Source of the DNA: Bacteroides uniformis
GTDB taxonomy: Bacteria > Spirochaetota > Spirochaetia > Sphaerochaetales > Sphaerochaetaceae
Length of the DNA: 40,537 nucleotides
Reading direction: 5' to 3'
Assembly (NCBI GenBank): GCA_963618365.1
Contig: CAVESN010000001.1
Coordinates: forward strand, 9,892 to 50,428
Part shown: piece by piece, positions 1 through 9,561 of the stretch
How positions within the stretch are numbered: position 1 is the first letter of the stretch
How the letters are laid out: each line of letters starts with the position of its first letter
Position numbers and translations under genes: made by a program
Notes under the pieces: generated by a model
What the model was told of the DNA's origin: nothing
Databases searched by the model: none
The model's input: only the letters and a program-made list of their open reading frames with translations

Positions 1-554
1 GGCTTCACATCCAAAGACTTCGACGCAACATAGGCGCGGAAACCCTCTTTCGAGGTTGCGGACTGGGCGACACCGACAATCTTGCCATCAAGATCGGTGA
101 TTGAGGAGATTCCGGAGTCCTTGTTGACCAGAAGTCCGACCGCATCGGTATAGTAGGGGGTGGAGAAGTTGTATGTCTCCTTGCGAGCCTCGGTGATGGT
201 AAAGGTGGCGATGACCAGGTCAAGGTTGCCGTTCTCCAGCAAAGGGCCACGGGTCTTTGCAGTGACACCAGTGAAAGAGACCAGCTTCTTCTCCTTGGCT
301 TCGCTGGGACTCACCCCGAAGATGTCCGCTGCAATCGCATAGGCCAGGTCATCCTCGAATCCCTCATATTCCCCCGTCGCCGTGTTCTCTAGCGAGAAGT
401 TGGGAACATCCGTCTTACAGCCAACCTTCAGCACTCCGGCAGAGCGAATCTTGTCCAAGCTGGAGGAAGCGGAGCTTTCCTTCGAGCCTTGGGCAAAAAG
501 GGAGATGGTCCCGGCCATAATCAGAGCCATCACACACAAACCTGTCTTTTTCAT
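1..554 (-). CDS. Amino-acid ABC transporter substrate-binding protein (family-3 SBP); the 3' end runs off the window
   Basis: Not in the ORF track because no stop lies in the window. The minus-strand ATG at 554-552 is preceded by GGGAAGAAGGAGAGAGAAG. My translation reads MKKTGLCVMALIMAGTISLFAQGSKES...LKVGCKTDVPNFSLEN...GFEDDLAYAIAADIFG...LVIATFTITEARKETYNFSTPYYTD, which is a signal peptide followed by typical SBP_bac_3 motifs. It lies directly downstream of the ABC ATPase. Confidence 0.8.
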   Translation of the reverse strand, partial: MKKTGLCVMALIMAGTISLFAQGSKESSASSSLDKIRSAGVLKVGCKTDVPNFSLENTATGEYEGFEDDLAYAIAADIFGVSPSEAKEKKLVSFTGVTAKTRGPLLENGNLDLVIATFTITEARKETYNFSTPYYTDAVGLLVNKDSGISSITDLDGKIVGVAQSATSKEGFRAYVASKSLDVK

Positions 555-582
555 CTTCTCTCTCCTTCTTCCCTCACGGGAA

Positions 583-1314
583 TCAATGAATAATCTTGCT
601 AAGGAAAAGCCGTGTCCTTTCCTGTGTCGGATTGGTAAAGAAATGCTCCGGAGTCCCCTCTTCGAGGATGTAGCCGCCATCCATGAAGATCACCCTGTCG
701 GCGACCTGTCTCGCAAAACCCATCTCGTGGGTCACGCAAATCATCGTGATGTTCTCCTTGGCGAGCTCCACCATAACCTTGAGCACCTCCCCCACCATCT
801 CCGGGTCCAGTGCGCTTGTCGGCTCGTCGAACATGATGAGCGGCTGCTTGGTGCAAAGCGCGCGTGCAATTGCCACTCGCTGCTGCTGCCCTCCCGAAAG
901 CTGGGAAGGATACGCTCCCGCCTTTTGCTCCAATCCCACGCGGCCGAGGGCCAAAAATGCACGATCCCTCGCCTCACGCTTGGGCACGTGCTGGAGCTTG
1001 ATGGGTGCCAATGTCAAATTGTCAAGAACCGTCAAATGGGGATAGAGGTTGAATTGCTGGAAGACCATCGAGGAATACTTCTTGGCAATCTCCAGATGAT
1101 TCTTCCGGGTAACCAGGTTGCCCGCCACATAGACCTTTCCGCTTGTCGGCTCCTCCAGGAAGTTGATGCAACGGATACAGGTGGATTTCCCGGACCCGGA
1201 GGGCCCGATAATGACAAGCTTCTCCCCCTCCCGAACAGTCAGGTTGATATCCTTCAGAACCTCAAGGTCCCCAAAGTTCTTTTTCAAATGCTCCACACGA
1301 ACCATTTCACCCAT
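583..1314 (-). CDS. Polar amino-acid ABC transporter ATP-binding protein (GlnQ/ArtP-like)
   Basis: Walker [10 protein letters not shown], signature [15 protein letters not shown], Walker [13 protein letters not shown] and H-loop VTHEM are present. The 243-aa length is typical of the family. Confidence 0.93.
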   Translation of the reverse strand: MGEMVRVEHLKKNFGDLEVLKDINLTVREGEKLVIIGPSGSGKSTCIRCINFLEEPTSGKVYVAGNLVTRKNHLEIAKKYSSMVFQQFNLYPHLTVLDNLTLAPIKLQHVPKREARDRAFLALGRVGLEQKAGAYPSQLSGGQQQRVAIARALCTKQPLIMFDEPTSALDPEMVGEVLKVMVELAKENITMICVTHEMGFARQVADRVIFMDGGYILEEGTPEHFFTNPTQERTRLFLSKIIH

Positions 1315-1571
1315 CGCGCACCCCTAGGCATAAAAAAAGACATTCCGAACCCCACAGGTCCAGAACGCCATTGTTCTTGTTGCGACCGAGAATAGCCACA
1401 GAAAAGAATCATGTCAATACATGATGCATAAAAATTCTAGTAGCATGCATTTCGGTGAGTAAAACAGAGGTTTGCACATCCGCTCTATTATGGTATAATA
1501 AATTCTATATTAGACGGGATTTATATCTACTTGAAGGCCGTCTTAAAACATTCCTTCTAAAGGAGGCCATC

Positions 1572-2345
1572 TTGGCACATTCGCTCATTTTGCACATTCC
1601 ACATGCATCGACCAACATCCCGTTCGAAGACAAAAACAACTTCTTCCTTCTCCATGACGAAGCAATCACGCAGGAACTACTTGCAATGACGGATTGGTAT
1701 ACGGACGAATTGTTCGACCATGCGGCGGGAAAGGCGATTGTCGCTCCTGTCAGCCGACTGGTATGCGACATGGAACGTTTCAGCCACGACGAAGAAGAAC
1801 CAATGGCGAAAAGAGGTATGGGATTCTGCTATGAGAAAGGCTCCCAAACCCAATCCATCAAAAATTGTCCTCCGGAATACAAGAATGAGATTCTGCGCAG
1901 ATACTACATACCCCACCACATCGCATTGTCGGACGCCGTCACCTCCTCGCTGAACGAAAACGGGAAAGCGCTCATCCTCGACTGCCACTCATTCTTTCCG
2001 CAGCCATTGCCTTATGAACCGGATCAAAATGAAAAACGACCGGAAATATGTATCGGCACAGATGACTTTCACACCTCGAAGCAACTGGAAACAACTGTGG
2101 AGAATTTCTTCAGAAGCAGGGATTTCCATGTTGGTTTCAATGCCCCCTATTCGGGAACCATGGTGCCGCTTCGGTATTATCGGAAAGACAAGAGAGTCCA
2201 ATCCATCATGGTTGAAGTCAACCGCGGCCTTTACCTTGAACCGGGAACATCACGCAAAAGCTCCAACTTTCAAAAGATGCAGATGGTTCTGTTTGAGCTG
2301 GAGGCCCTGCTTTCGAACGAAGAAAGCATATGGGAGCTCCTATAA
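1572..2345 (+). CDS. N-formylglutamate amidohydrolase (FGase) family protein
   Basis: Motifs HIPHAST, SRLVCDMER, LDCHSF and NAPYSG match the FGase family. The track ORF starts at GTG 1455. An in-frame TTG at 1572 sits 5 nt after a strong AAGGAGG (1559-1566) and just before the conserved LILHIPHAS, so I prefer that start. Confidence 0.8.
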   Translation: MAHSLILHIPHASTNIPFEDKNNFFLLHDEAITQELLAMTDWYTDELFDHAAGKAIVAPVSRLVCDMERFSHDEEEPMAKRGMGFCYEKGSQTQSIKNCPPEYKNEILRRYYIPHHIALSDAVTSSLNENGKALILDCHSFFPQPLPYEPDQNEKRPEICIGTDDFHTSKQLETTVENFFRSRDFHVGFNAPYSGTMVPLRYYRKDKRVQSIMVEVNRGLYLEPGTSRKSSNFQKMQMVLFELEALLSNEESIWELL

Positions 2346-2435
2346 TGTTTATCACGCATTACCCGGCTTTCCGACCCTGGCGCTGCATCAACTTTAAGAC
2401 ATACGACACAACGCCATCCAGGACAGAGGGGGTGT

Positions 2436-3710
2436 TCAGCGAAGGCAAAAGCTCTCAATCAAAAGGAATTTTCCCTGTTGGGCAAATATGGTGAACTGCT
2501 CCTGCTTCAGGATAGACTGGTCCTTGCCCATATAAGTCACCGTCAAAAGATGTTCTCCTGCCGCGAGATCGACAGACCCGACATAGGCACACCCCGGAAG
2601 GAAATGGGACATGCGCACATCGGCTCGCTCGGAGAAATTGCCGAACAGGTTTGCCGCAAGGGTCAGCATATCCGCAAGGAAGGAGACTCCTCCGCTCTTG
2701 TCGTTGCTGCTAGCGGCCGTCTCATGGGAGAGCACATCCACCACGTCCGTGGCAACCAGCTTTCCTGTAGCCCGCATAATCGCCTTTGCATAAATTCCTG
2801 ACTCCTTGAGCAGATAGGTAGTCGTGGCAATCTGCGAGATATCCTCAATCTTCTCCAGTATAAGCCGTTTTTTTCCATCAAGGTCGGCGACAATGGAGGA
2901 CACTTCAGACTCTCGTGTTTTCAACACAGGAGTTGCAACCGTCATCCAATTGCCACTTGGCGTCCATAGCGAGGTCCGCTCCTCCTGCTTGCGGGGTTCT
3001 ATGTTGGTGAAGGAGAGCAGATAAAGCCTTGCCTTGCCCTCTTCGACTGGAAGATAGGCTGCCGCCTCCGGCTTCTCGAAAGGATACACTGTTTTTTCAT
3101 CGGCGAACGCTGAATCAATCTGGCGCGCGTAATACTGCGCATCGTTCCGATCCCCGAGATGATGGCTGAAAAGCATGCCAAGCCAGGAGGCAAGCGCACT
3201 GTGGGTGAAATGGATCTTCTCCTCATGGCTCTGGTTATACTCGCTGTAGATATCCTTCAGCACCTGTTGCTTCTCGGAAGAGCGACGTATCTCGACCATG
3301 GCATCAGAGATTTTCTCCATATGGGCGTAGTTCAAGGACATGAACACATTGGAGTAGATGTCCTCGAAGTCTTCTCCCGGATACTCCTTGGTGTTGTCGT
3401 TGAGGACAAAGCTGGCAGCAGAGCGGGTAAGGCTTTTGGTATACGCATCCCCTATACGCTTCTCCGCCTCGGACAGGCTGGCATTGGACCCTGCATAATC
3501 TCCGGCGTAATGCTGCACCATCCCCACATCAAGCGCACGGACAATCGGCCCCTGCCGGCTCTCGATATGGCTGGATTGTTCATACACCTTCTGAAGAGCT
3601 TCCCCATAATCCCCACGGTAGAGCTCGATTTCGGTCTTATGCACATCCACTGTGCTTGCGCAACCAGCCAGGAGGCTGGCTGCGGCAAGAAGCATAATCC
3701 CCCCACGCAT
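2436..3710 (-). CDS. Lipoprotein of unknown function (COG3014-like), partner of the LpoB-like gene
   Basis: Signal peptide with lipobox LLAGC|AST. The gene starts 6 nt after the stop of the upstream LpoB-like gene, so the two form an operon. The family assignment is from memory of the COG3014/COG3417 pairing and was not computed. Confidence 0.6.
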   Translation of the reverse strand: MRGGIMLLAAASLLAGCASTVDVHKTEIELYRGDYGEALQKVYEQSSHIESRQGPIVRALDVGMVQHYAGDYAGSNASLSEAEKRIGDAYTKSLTRSAASFVLNDNTKEYPGEDFEDIYSNVFMSLNYAHMEKISDAMVEIRRSSEKQQVLKDIYSEYNQSHEEKIHFTHSALASWLGMLFSHHLGDRNDAQYYARQIDSAFADEKTVYPFEKPEAAAYLPVEEGKARLYLLSFTNIEPRKQEERTSLWTPSGNWMTVATPVLKTRESEVSSIVADLDGKKRLILEKIEDISQIATTTYLLKESGIYAKAIMRATGKLVATDVVDVLSHETAASSNDKSGGVSFLADMLTLAANLFGNFSERADVRMSHFLPGCAYVGSVDLAAGEHLLTVTYMGKDQSILKQEQFTIFAQQGKFLLIESFCLR

Positions 3711-3716
3711 GCGCTG

Positions 3717-4304
3717 CTAGAATTTGAAATGGTCTTTCTGGATATATTTCTTGACAGTCTTCTCGTTTATCCAGACCTTTTCACCGGAAGCAATGTCGAC
3801 AAGCTCCAAGGAAACATAATAGGTCCTGACGCTTTGTTTTCCCCTTTGGTCCACATTGATGGAGACGGAGCCCAGAAGGATGTAGTCGGCCCCTGTCTCA
3901 CTCCCGCTCGCCTTTGCCGTCTTCGAGGAAGCATTTTTCGCCTGGTAGGCTCTCGCCTCCTCCAATGTCCCGCGGTTCTCAAAATCACAAACCGTGACAA
4001 CCTTTCCGCTGGAGACCATGGCCGCCTCAAGTTTCTTGGCGATGATGCGGGTGTCGATATGTTCGCTGGAACGGTTCTCGATGGTGCCGATGACGACCAC
4101 GGGCTTCTTTCCCACAGTATCGATCTTCAACCACCGTCCGTGAAGACAATCATCAATCATGTCATCGGAAACGATGGTGATATCGGTATCGTTCCAATTG
4201 CCGGAAAGGTCAATCTTCTTATCTTCTTTTACTCTTGAAATCCGTGTAGTGGTGCATCCGGCCAACACTACCAGGCACATAGCCAGCGCAAGGAACTTTT
4301 TCAT
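3717..4304 (-). CDS. LpoB-like (COG3417/PF13036-type) lipoprotein
   Basis: Lipobox VLAGC|TT. The motifs SGNWNDTDITIVSDDMIDDCL, KKPVVVIGTIENRSSEHID, ETGADYILLGSV and YYVSLELVDIASGEKVW follow the LpoB-family pattern. Confidence 0.75.
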   Translation of the reverse strand: MKKFLALAMCLVVLAGCTTTRISRVKEDKKIDLSGNWNDTDITIVSDDMIDDCLHGRWLKIDTVGKKPVVVIGTIENRSSEHIDTRIIAKKLEAAMVSSGKVVTVCDFENRGTLEEARAYQAKNASSKTAKASGSETGADYILLGSVSINVDQRGKQSVRTYYVSLELVDIASGEKVWINEKTVKKYIQKDHFKF

Positions 4305-4481
4305 GAAAGCCTCCCTTTTGTGTCTCTTTTCCGTTTATATCACATTATTTTTTCAAGGTCAGTAACTTATGCGGAGTGTTGTTGTTTATCTCTTGTGAAA
4401 CAACTTGCCCATATATTTCAAATCGGGTTAGTATGAGAGACAGGACAGACTTTGTCTGTACCTTACGAGGAGATTTTCATT

Positions 4482-5135
4482 ATGAAGAAAACGTATTCCC
4501 TGGGCGTCGCCGCCCTGCTTATGATTGCGATGCTGGCCTCTTGCGCCACCACCACATCCCAAGAGGTCGAGCAAATCCCATCTGCCCCCGCCGCAGTTCC
4601 CGCGGCCCCTGCCGCCGAACCGCAGAAGGCATCTGCGACGACCGAGAAGAATGCAGCATCCGAAAAAACCGTCCAAGAGACGAAAGCGCCTGCTCCCCAA
4701 AAGGCCGCAGAGGAAACAGGCTTGACCCTTGCGGAACAAATTGCAATGGCCGACGCCAGTAGCATCTCCGTTGATGATGCGCTTGCAATCGCCGAGCAGC
4801 TCCTCGATCCCGCCAACGATCCGGATGGAAAACTCACACAGGAAGCTCTTGCGAAAGCGGAAGAGATTGTCACATCCCTCATTGACGGTGCGACAAGCGA
4901 AGAGGAGATTGACTCCTACATTGACTTGATGAACCAGGGAATGGAAGCATACGGCTCCTATGTCAATGCTCTCGGCATCGACGTCAAGCCCTTCCTTGAC
5001 ATGGCACAGGAAAGAAAGGTCGCCATCGAGGCCTACAACAAGAACAGCTACTACTACTATCTGAAGCAATACCGCAAAGACGGACGCTACAAGAAAGAGC
5101 TCTCGTCCCTGCTTGCACAGAAGAACGCCAAGTAA
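4482..5135 (+). CDS. Lipoprotein of unknown function with an Ala/Pro-rich linker
   Basis: The ATG at 4482 lies 9 nt after GAGGAG. The product starts MKKTYSLGVAALLMIAMLASC|ATT (lipobox), continues with a low-complexity PAAVPAAPAAEPQK linker and ends in a helical C-terminal part. A strong terminator follows. Confidence 0.7.
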   Translation: MKKTYSLGVAALLMIAMLASCATTTSQEVEQIPSAPAAVPAAPAAEPQKASATTEKNAASEKTVQETKAPAPQKAAEETGLTLAEQIAMADASSISVDDALAIAEQLLDPANDPDGKLTQEALAKAEEIVTSLIDGATSEEEIDSYIDLMNQGMEAYGSYVNALGIDVKPFLDMAQERKVAIEAYNKNSYYYYLKQYRKDGRYKKELSSLLAQKNAK

Positions 5136-5155
5136 CCATTTGGCTTACAGGACCA

Positions 5156-5185
5156 GGAGGGTTGCTTCGGCAACCCTCTTTTCGT
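5156..5185 (+). terminator. Rho-independent terminator
   Basis: A 9-bp GC-rich stem GAGGGTTGC/GCAACCCTC with a TTCG loop is followed by TTTTCGTTT, 20 nt after the stop at 5135. Confidence 0.8.
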
Positions 5186-5227
5186 TTGCCTCTTTCCGTT
5201 CGGCCACCAACCTGTTAAGATAGGTGC

Positions 5228-6175
5228 ATGTTGTTGCAAGATTCCGTGTACGATGGCATGTATGGGCTTTGTATTGGCGATGCTGTGGGAGTTCCCGCTG
5301 AGTTCATGTCACGTTCCGAGCTTGCCGAACACCCCATCATCGACATGACCGGCTACGGAACCCATTACCAAAAACCGGGGACATGGTCCGATGACAGCTC
5401 CCTTGCCCTTTGCACGCTGGACAGCCTCACGGGCGGTATCGATTATCTGGACATGATGGACAGGTTCCGCTCCTGGGTGGAACTTGGCATGTACACCCCC
5501 TACGGGAAAGTCTTCGACATAGGTCTCGCAACAGACCAGGCGATTGACCAATACATCCGCGATGTGCCCGTACTCCAATGTGGAGGGACCGACGAGTACA
5601 ACAACGGCAACGGCTCCTTGATGCGGATTCTTCCCCTCTCCTTCTATTTCAAGGCGAAAGAAATCAGCTATGGCCAAGCAATGGAGATTACCGCGGATGT
5701 CTCATCGCTAACCCATGCGCACCTGCGCAGCAAGATGGCATGCCAGATCTACATCACCATCGCACTCCACCTGCTTGAGGGAGAAGAGCTCCACGAAGCC
5801 ATCAAAAACGGCATTGCGCAAGCAAAAGAGTTCTGCACCCAGCGAAGCCTCTTCGAAGCCAACCATTTCCAGCGGTTGTTCCATGAAGACTTTAAAGAGA
5901 CACCCAGCGAAGAAATCGCAAGCTCCGGCTATGTGGTGGACACATTGGAAGCCGCCATATGGTGCCTTCTCAACACGGCATGCTACAAGGATTGCATCTT
6001 GAAGGCAGTCAATCTTGGAGAAGACACAGACACCACCAGCAGTGTCGCAGGAGGCCTTGCAGGACTCTTCTATGGCAGAAAAGGAATGCCACAAGGATGG
6101 ATAGCGGATCTAGCCCGCAAGGATATGATTGACGAGATTTGCGAACGATTCATTTCCAAGAACTGTTCAAAATAA
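5228..6175 (+). CDS. ADP-ribosylglycohydrolase family protein
   Basis: The N-terminal GLCIGDAVGVPAEF, the WSDDSSLALCT motif and the C-terminal GEDTDTTSSVAGGLAGLFYG are hallmark ARH/DraG-family metal-binding motifs. Confidence 0.9.
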   Translation: MLLQDSVYDGMYGLCIGDAVGVPAEFMSRSELAEHPIIDMTGYGTHYQKPGTWSDDSSLALCTLDSLTGGIDYLDMMDRFRSWVELGMYTPYGKVFDIGLATDQAIDQYIRDVPVLQCGGTDEYNNGNGSLMRILPLSFYFKAKEISYGQAMEITADVSSLTHAHLRSKMACQIYITIALHLLEGEELHEAIKNGIAQAKEFCTQRSLFEANHFQRLFHEDFKETPSEEIASSGYVVDTLEAAIWCLLNTACYKDCILKAVNLGEDTDTTSSVAGGLAGLFYGRKGMPQGWIADLARKDMIDEICERFISKNCSK

Positions 6176-6255
6176 CTCGTCCCCAACACCACAAAACCAG
6201 CATCTAATTTGCAAACCATGTGGATAATCATCAACAATTAGCCTAAGATAGGGGT

Positions 6256-6912
6256 ATGTGGAAGTGGTTGAGACTGACAATGCTGGCATGCGCTCTGGGA
6301 CTCATGCCCCTGGGAGCGAACTCCCTCTCCTATCGGGCAGGCTATACGGAGAGCACACTCAGCGATACATGCTTTGACACACAGCTCACCTTCACGCACG
6401 AAGCGCTTACCACCGGAGTCCGTTTTCACAGTGAACCCACTTGGCAGGCAGCGCTCTCCTGGAACGACACCATCGGCAAATATGGGGTCTGGGAAGCGAA
6501 AGGGGATGCCTTGATGGATGAATACGGCTCAGTGCTTGACGGGGAGTCCTCCATCGGCCTTGGCGGCAGCTTCAAGCATCTGTATGGGGGAATGACATTC
6601 GGCCTCCACCACATGCTCCGTTTCCACAACGACATGGACAAACCCCTTTGCAACCTCAACTTTGCCATGCATGCATGGATTGGCGCAAAGTACGGTCCGC
6701 TGGATTGCAAGTTCGCGTGGGACAGCTCGACCTTGTTCCTCTACTCGTACCAATGGTTTTCCCCCATCCTGAGCCTCACCGTGGGGTACCAGCTCAACGA
6801 TGCGTGGGTTATCTCCCTCATCGGCGCAACCCGGATCGCCGACGCCGCGCCAAACGAGCTGGTCAGTTTCACGCTCGCCCATTTCAGCGCCGTCATCACA
6901 AGGAGGTTTTAG
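6256..6912 (+). CDS. Secreted hypothetical protein, possibly a small outer-membrane beta-barrel
   Basis: It has an N-terminal signal peptide (MWKWLRLTMLACALGLMPLGANS), alternating aromatic/polar segments and a C-terminal ...ITRRF ending in Phe. No recognisable family. Confidence 0.5.
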   Translation: MWKWLRLTMLACALGLMPLGANSLSYRAGYTESTLSDTCFDTQLTFTHEALTTGVRFHSEPTWQAALSWNDTIGKYGVWEAKGDALMDEYGSVLDGESSIGLGGSFKHLYGGMTFGLHHMLRFHNDMDKPLCNLNFAMHAWIGAKYGPLDCKFAWDSSTLFLYSYQWFSPILSLTVGYQLNDAWVISLIGATRIADAAPNELVSFTLAHFSAVITRRF

Positions 6913-6913
6913 G

Positions 6914-7861
6914 ATGCGTCGTTTCCTTGTCCCTCTTCTCACCTTGCTTCTTGCCTCCTCTTGCTCCCTCGGGCTATTAGGCAACCAGGACGACGATCTT
7001 GAGAATGCGGGAGACTTCAATGCCATAGATTTGGGAATCAGTGGAGACTGGAACGCATTGATCATGACCGATACCCATGTAGGGCGGAAAGCAGAGAAAT
7101 ATCCCGACAACTTCCAATGGTTCAAAAGCTGGTATGAGAACAACAAGAGCGAGGGAGGAATCGAAATCAACCTGATCCTCCACCTTGGGGACCTTACCGA
7201 CGACTCGGCCAAAAGCCAGTACCTCGAGGCAAAGAGAGAGTATCTCGAATCGCTTTCCGACACCTACGCCTACTTTGTCGGCTCTGCCACGACACAAAGG
7301 ACAGTCCCCGCCTTCTTTACCCCAGGAAACCATGATGTGCGCGATGACGGAAGGGACCATTTCCTCTCCACCTGCGGACAAAGCGAATGGAGAGTGGTCA
7401 TCGGAGATGTCAGCCTCTACGGACTGGACTCGGGAAGGCGATTCTTTGGAGGAACCCAGATCGACAAGCTGGAGAGCGCTTTGCGATCGGATTCCGGCAA
7501 GAAGCTCTTTTTCAGCCACATGCCACTTTCCGACCAGGATATCCGCTACACCTACCTTACCTTGACCAACGAGGAGGAGAGAGCCAGGCTTATCCATGAC
7601 ATGGCCAAATACAAGGTGAGCGCTTTCATCGACGGGCACCGGCACATGCTTATCGGCCCCTATGACATCACCAGCGACATCCAGGAAATCTCACTCTCCT
7701 GCTTGAACGGCCCGAACCTGCTGGACGACCAACCACCATGCTGGTACATCCTCCATTACGATTCGACTATGGGAAAAGCTACGCTCACACAATACAAAAT
7801 TGAAAGCGAGGAGAGCACATTGAGTCCAAAGACGAAAGAGGTCATGACCATCAGCTTCTAG
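6914..7861 (+). CDS. Metallophosphoesterase (calcineurin-like), putative lipoprotein
   Basis: AGGAGG at 6901-6906 precedes the ATG at 6914, which lies 1 nt after the previous stop. The product has a signal/lipobox LLASSC and the motifs IMTDTHVG, HLGDLTDD and GNHD. Confidence 0.85.
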   Translation: MRRFLVPLLTLLLASSCSLGLLGNQDDDLENAGDFNAIDLGISGDWNALIMTDTHVGRKAEKYPDNFQWFKSWYENNKSEGGIEINLILHLGDLTDDSAKSQYLEAKREYLESLSDTYAYFVGSATTQRTVPAFFTPGNHDVRDDGRDHFLSTCGQSEWRVVIGDVSLYGLDSGRRFFGGTQIDKLESALRSDSGKKLFFSHMPLSDQDIRYTYLTLTNEEERARLIHDMAKYKVSAFIDGHRHMLIGPYDITSDIQEISLSCLNGPNLLDDQPPCWYILHYDSTMGKATLTQYKIESEESTLSPKTKEVMTISF

Positions 7862-7862
7862 G

Positions 7863-8525
7863 TCACACTTCCCAGCGCTGCCCCTTCTTATGGACATCAA
7901 CCACTTTCCTGCCGAGCGCTTTAGCCAGCTTCTGGCTTATAGCCCAGTCATTCTGAAAACCCATGGGAAAAACCATCTTGACGTTTCTTCCGTCAAGGAT
8001 TTCCCGTGCGCTGGTCGCCACATGCACCAAATCGACCGGCACGAGAGCAATATCATACGAGGCATCCAGCTTTTCCAAAGCCTTCATGAACTTCCTGTGC
8101 CTTTTCTTTCCCTCCTCGTCCGGCACGAAGCAGTCGATCAAGGACCCGGCATGCAGCACGTGGAAGGTGCTCACTCCGAATGAGAAAGCAACCCCCAAGG
8201 CCGCACTCGGCATGGCATGGAGATGAAACCTGGCAAGCTGGAAATCCTCGTCTTGGTGGACGAAAGTGACAAGTTTCACCTTCTCCTTAGGAATTCTCCC
8301 TCCCCCCTCGATATCCGAGGAGAGAAAATAGTAGACATTGTCATATTGGTCATCCAGACGGAAAATCCGCTCGTTGTAATGATCAGGTTCCCGGCTGGAA
8401 GCAAGCACGTAGATAGGCTTGTCGGTACGGAGGAGTGGAAGCTTCCCCCTCACGTAGTCGATGATGATGGTGCAATTGACCGCCTCAAACAGATAGCCGT
8501 AGTGCTCAAGATACGTTATGGTCAT
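7863..8525 (-). CDS. MBL-fold (beta-lactamase-like) hydrolase-related protein
   Basis: The internal ATG at 8525 is preceded by GGAGGAGG. The product MTITYLEHYGYLFE... resembles UlaG-like MBL-fold proteins, but the family call is only moderately secure. The upstream part of the track ORF overlaps the AraC gene and is not coding. Confidence 0.6.
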   Translation of the reverse strand: MTITYLEHYGYLFEAVNCTIIIDYVRGKLPLLRTDKPIYVLASSREPDHYNERIFRLDDQYDNVYYFLSSDIEGGGRIPKEKVKLVTFVHQDEDFQLARFHLHAMPSAALGVAFSFGVSTFHVLHAGSLIDCFVPDEEGKKRHRKFMKALEKLDASYDIALVPVDLVHVATSAREILDGRNVKMVFPMGFQNDWAISQKLAKALGRKVVDVHKKGQRWEV

Positions 8526-9471
8526 TATCCTCCTCCTTCCCGATATGCATCCTCCACCTCCCGGGAGAGATTCCCGTGGCCTTGTGGAAGAACCGGCAAA
8601 ACCGCTGGGGATCAAGCGAGAGCCGATCTGCCACATTCTTGCAGGAAAGGCCCGACTTGAGCAACTTGCACGCAAGATTCAACCGCTCTCTCTGTGCAAT
8701 CCCGCTGAAAGTCATTCCCGTCTCCCGATGGACGAGAAAGGAGAGGTATGCGGGAGTAACCCCCACTTCCCCGGCGAGCTCCTTCTGGCTGAGAGAACCT
8801 CCGCTATCACGGAGACGGGAAAGCACATGCGAGAGCCTGAGGCTTTTCGCATCGCTTTCGACAAGCGATTGGGCCGAGCCTTTTCCCAACCGGTAAAAGA
8901 ACTCCGCAAGGCGGAGCTTGGCATACACACCCTCTCCATACGCCAAATCGGGAAGCAAAAGAAACGCGTCATGGCACCCATGAACCAGAACACAACCAGG
9001 CACTCCGCTTTGAGCACGAAGTATGTCGAACAATTTTCCCGCTTCCCCCTCACGGGGAGCGAATGGCAGGCAATCCATGGTGGTCTCAAGCCGCACCAAA
9101 AGATTGCACACTATTGTATCTTCCGAAAACACGCCTATTGCATGGTAAGTGTGTGGAGCGATAAGAAGCGCATCCCCCTCATGCATGATGACATGGCGAC
9201 CATAGATGTCCTGGCTGCAAAAGCCTTTTGCAACCACCTCTATTTCCAAAAACTCGTGGTCATGGGGATAGAGAGGAAGGAAACAGGGATGCTTCTGCAC
9301 CACCACATCCCTTCCCCTTTCCAGGAGGTTTTCCCCCAGCGTGACTCCTCGACCCTCCTCATGGACATCTTCCGGCCTTTTGGGAAGTCTTCCTGCATTG
9401 AACAAGGCCTGATAATGCCTTTCTTTTTCGGTTAATTTTGAAAATTGGTCAATAAAAACGGGATAATCCAC
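8506..9471 (-). CDS. AraC-family transcriptional regulator (RhaS/RhaR-like by context)
   Basis: The N-terminus is a cupin-type sensor and the C-terminus has two HTH_18 units (SQKELAGEVGVTPAYLSFLVHRETGMTF ... VADRLSLDPQRFCRFFHKATGISPGRWR). The gene is divergent from rhaBAD. Confidence 0.9.
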   Translation of the reverse strand: MDYPVFIDQFSKLTEKERHYQALFNAGRLPKRPEDVHEEGRGVTLGENLLERGRDVVVQKHPCFLPLYPHDHEFLEIEVVAKGFCSQDIYGRHVIMHEGDALLIAPHTYHAIGVFSEDTIVCNLLVRLETTMDCLPFAPREGEAGKLFDILRAQSGVPGCVLVHGCHDAFLLLPDLAYGEGVYAKLRLAEFFYRLGKGSAQSLVESDAKSLRLSHVLSRLRDSGGSLSQKELAGEVGVTPAYLSFLVHRETGMTFSGIAQRERLNLACKLLKSGLSCKNVADRLSLDPQRFCRFFHKATGISPGRWRMHIGKEEDNDHNVS

Positions 9472-9561
9472 CCAGATATCGTATCATAATCGTAAAAAAA
9501 GGCAATCTCCTCCGATAAGCTGGCAATTGAGGCATATCTGAAGAAGGCCCATGATGGAAAC

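Noticed and set aside
5-268. An 87-aa minus-strand ORF at the left edge
   Set aside because: It is in the wrong frame. Another minus-strand frame is open from the window edge to the ATG at 554 and encodes a clear SBP_bac_3 protein with a signal peptide and an SD.
382-1395. A 337-aa + strand ORF covering the ABC ATPase region
   Set aside because: It is antisense to a gene with unmistakable Walker A/B and signature motifs. Its product is Leu/Arg/His-rich with no motifs, which is typical of a shadow ORF in GC-rich coding DNA. The same reasoning applies to 3159-4238 (+), 12106-12807 (-), 15834-16799 (-), 16829-17686 (-), 22638-23912 (+), 33743-34663 (+) and 34806-35642 (+).
9478-9494. ATCGTA...ATCGTA direct repeat (11-bp spacing) as a RhaS-type operator upstream of rhaB
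   Set aside because: A 6-bp repeat in an AT-rich intergenic region is well within chance expectation, and I could not identify convincing flanking promoter hexamers.
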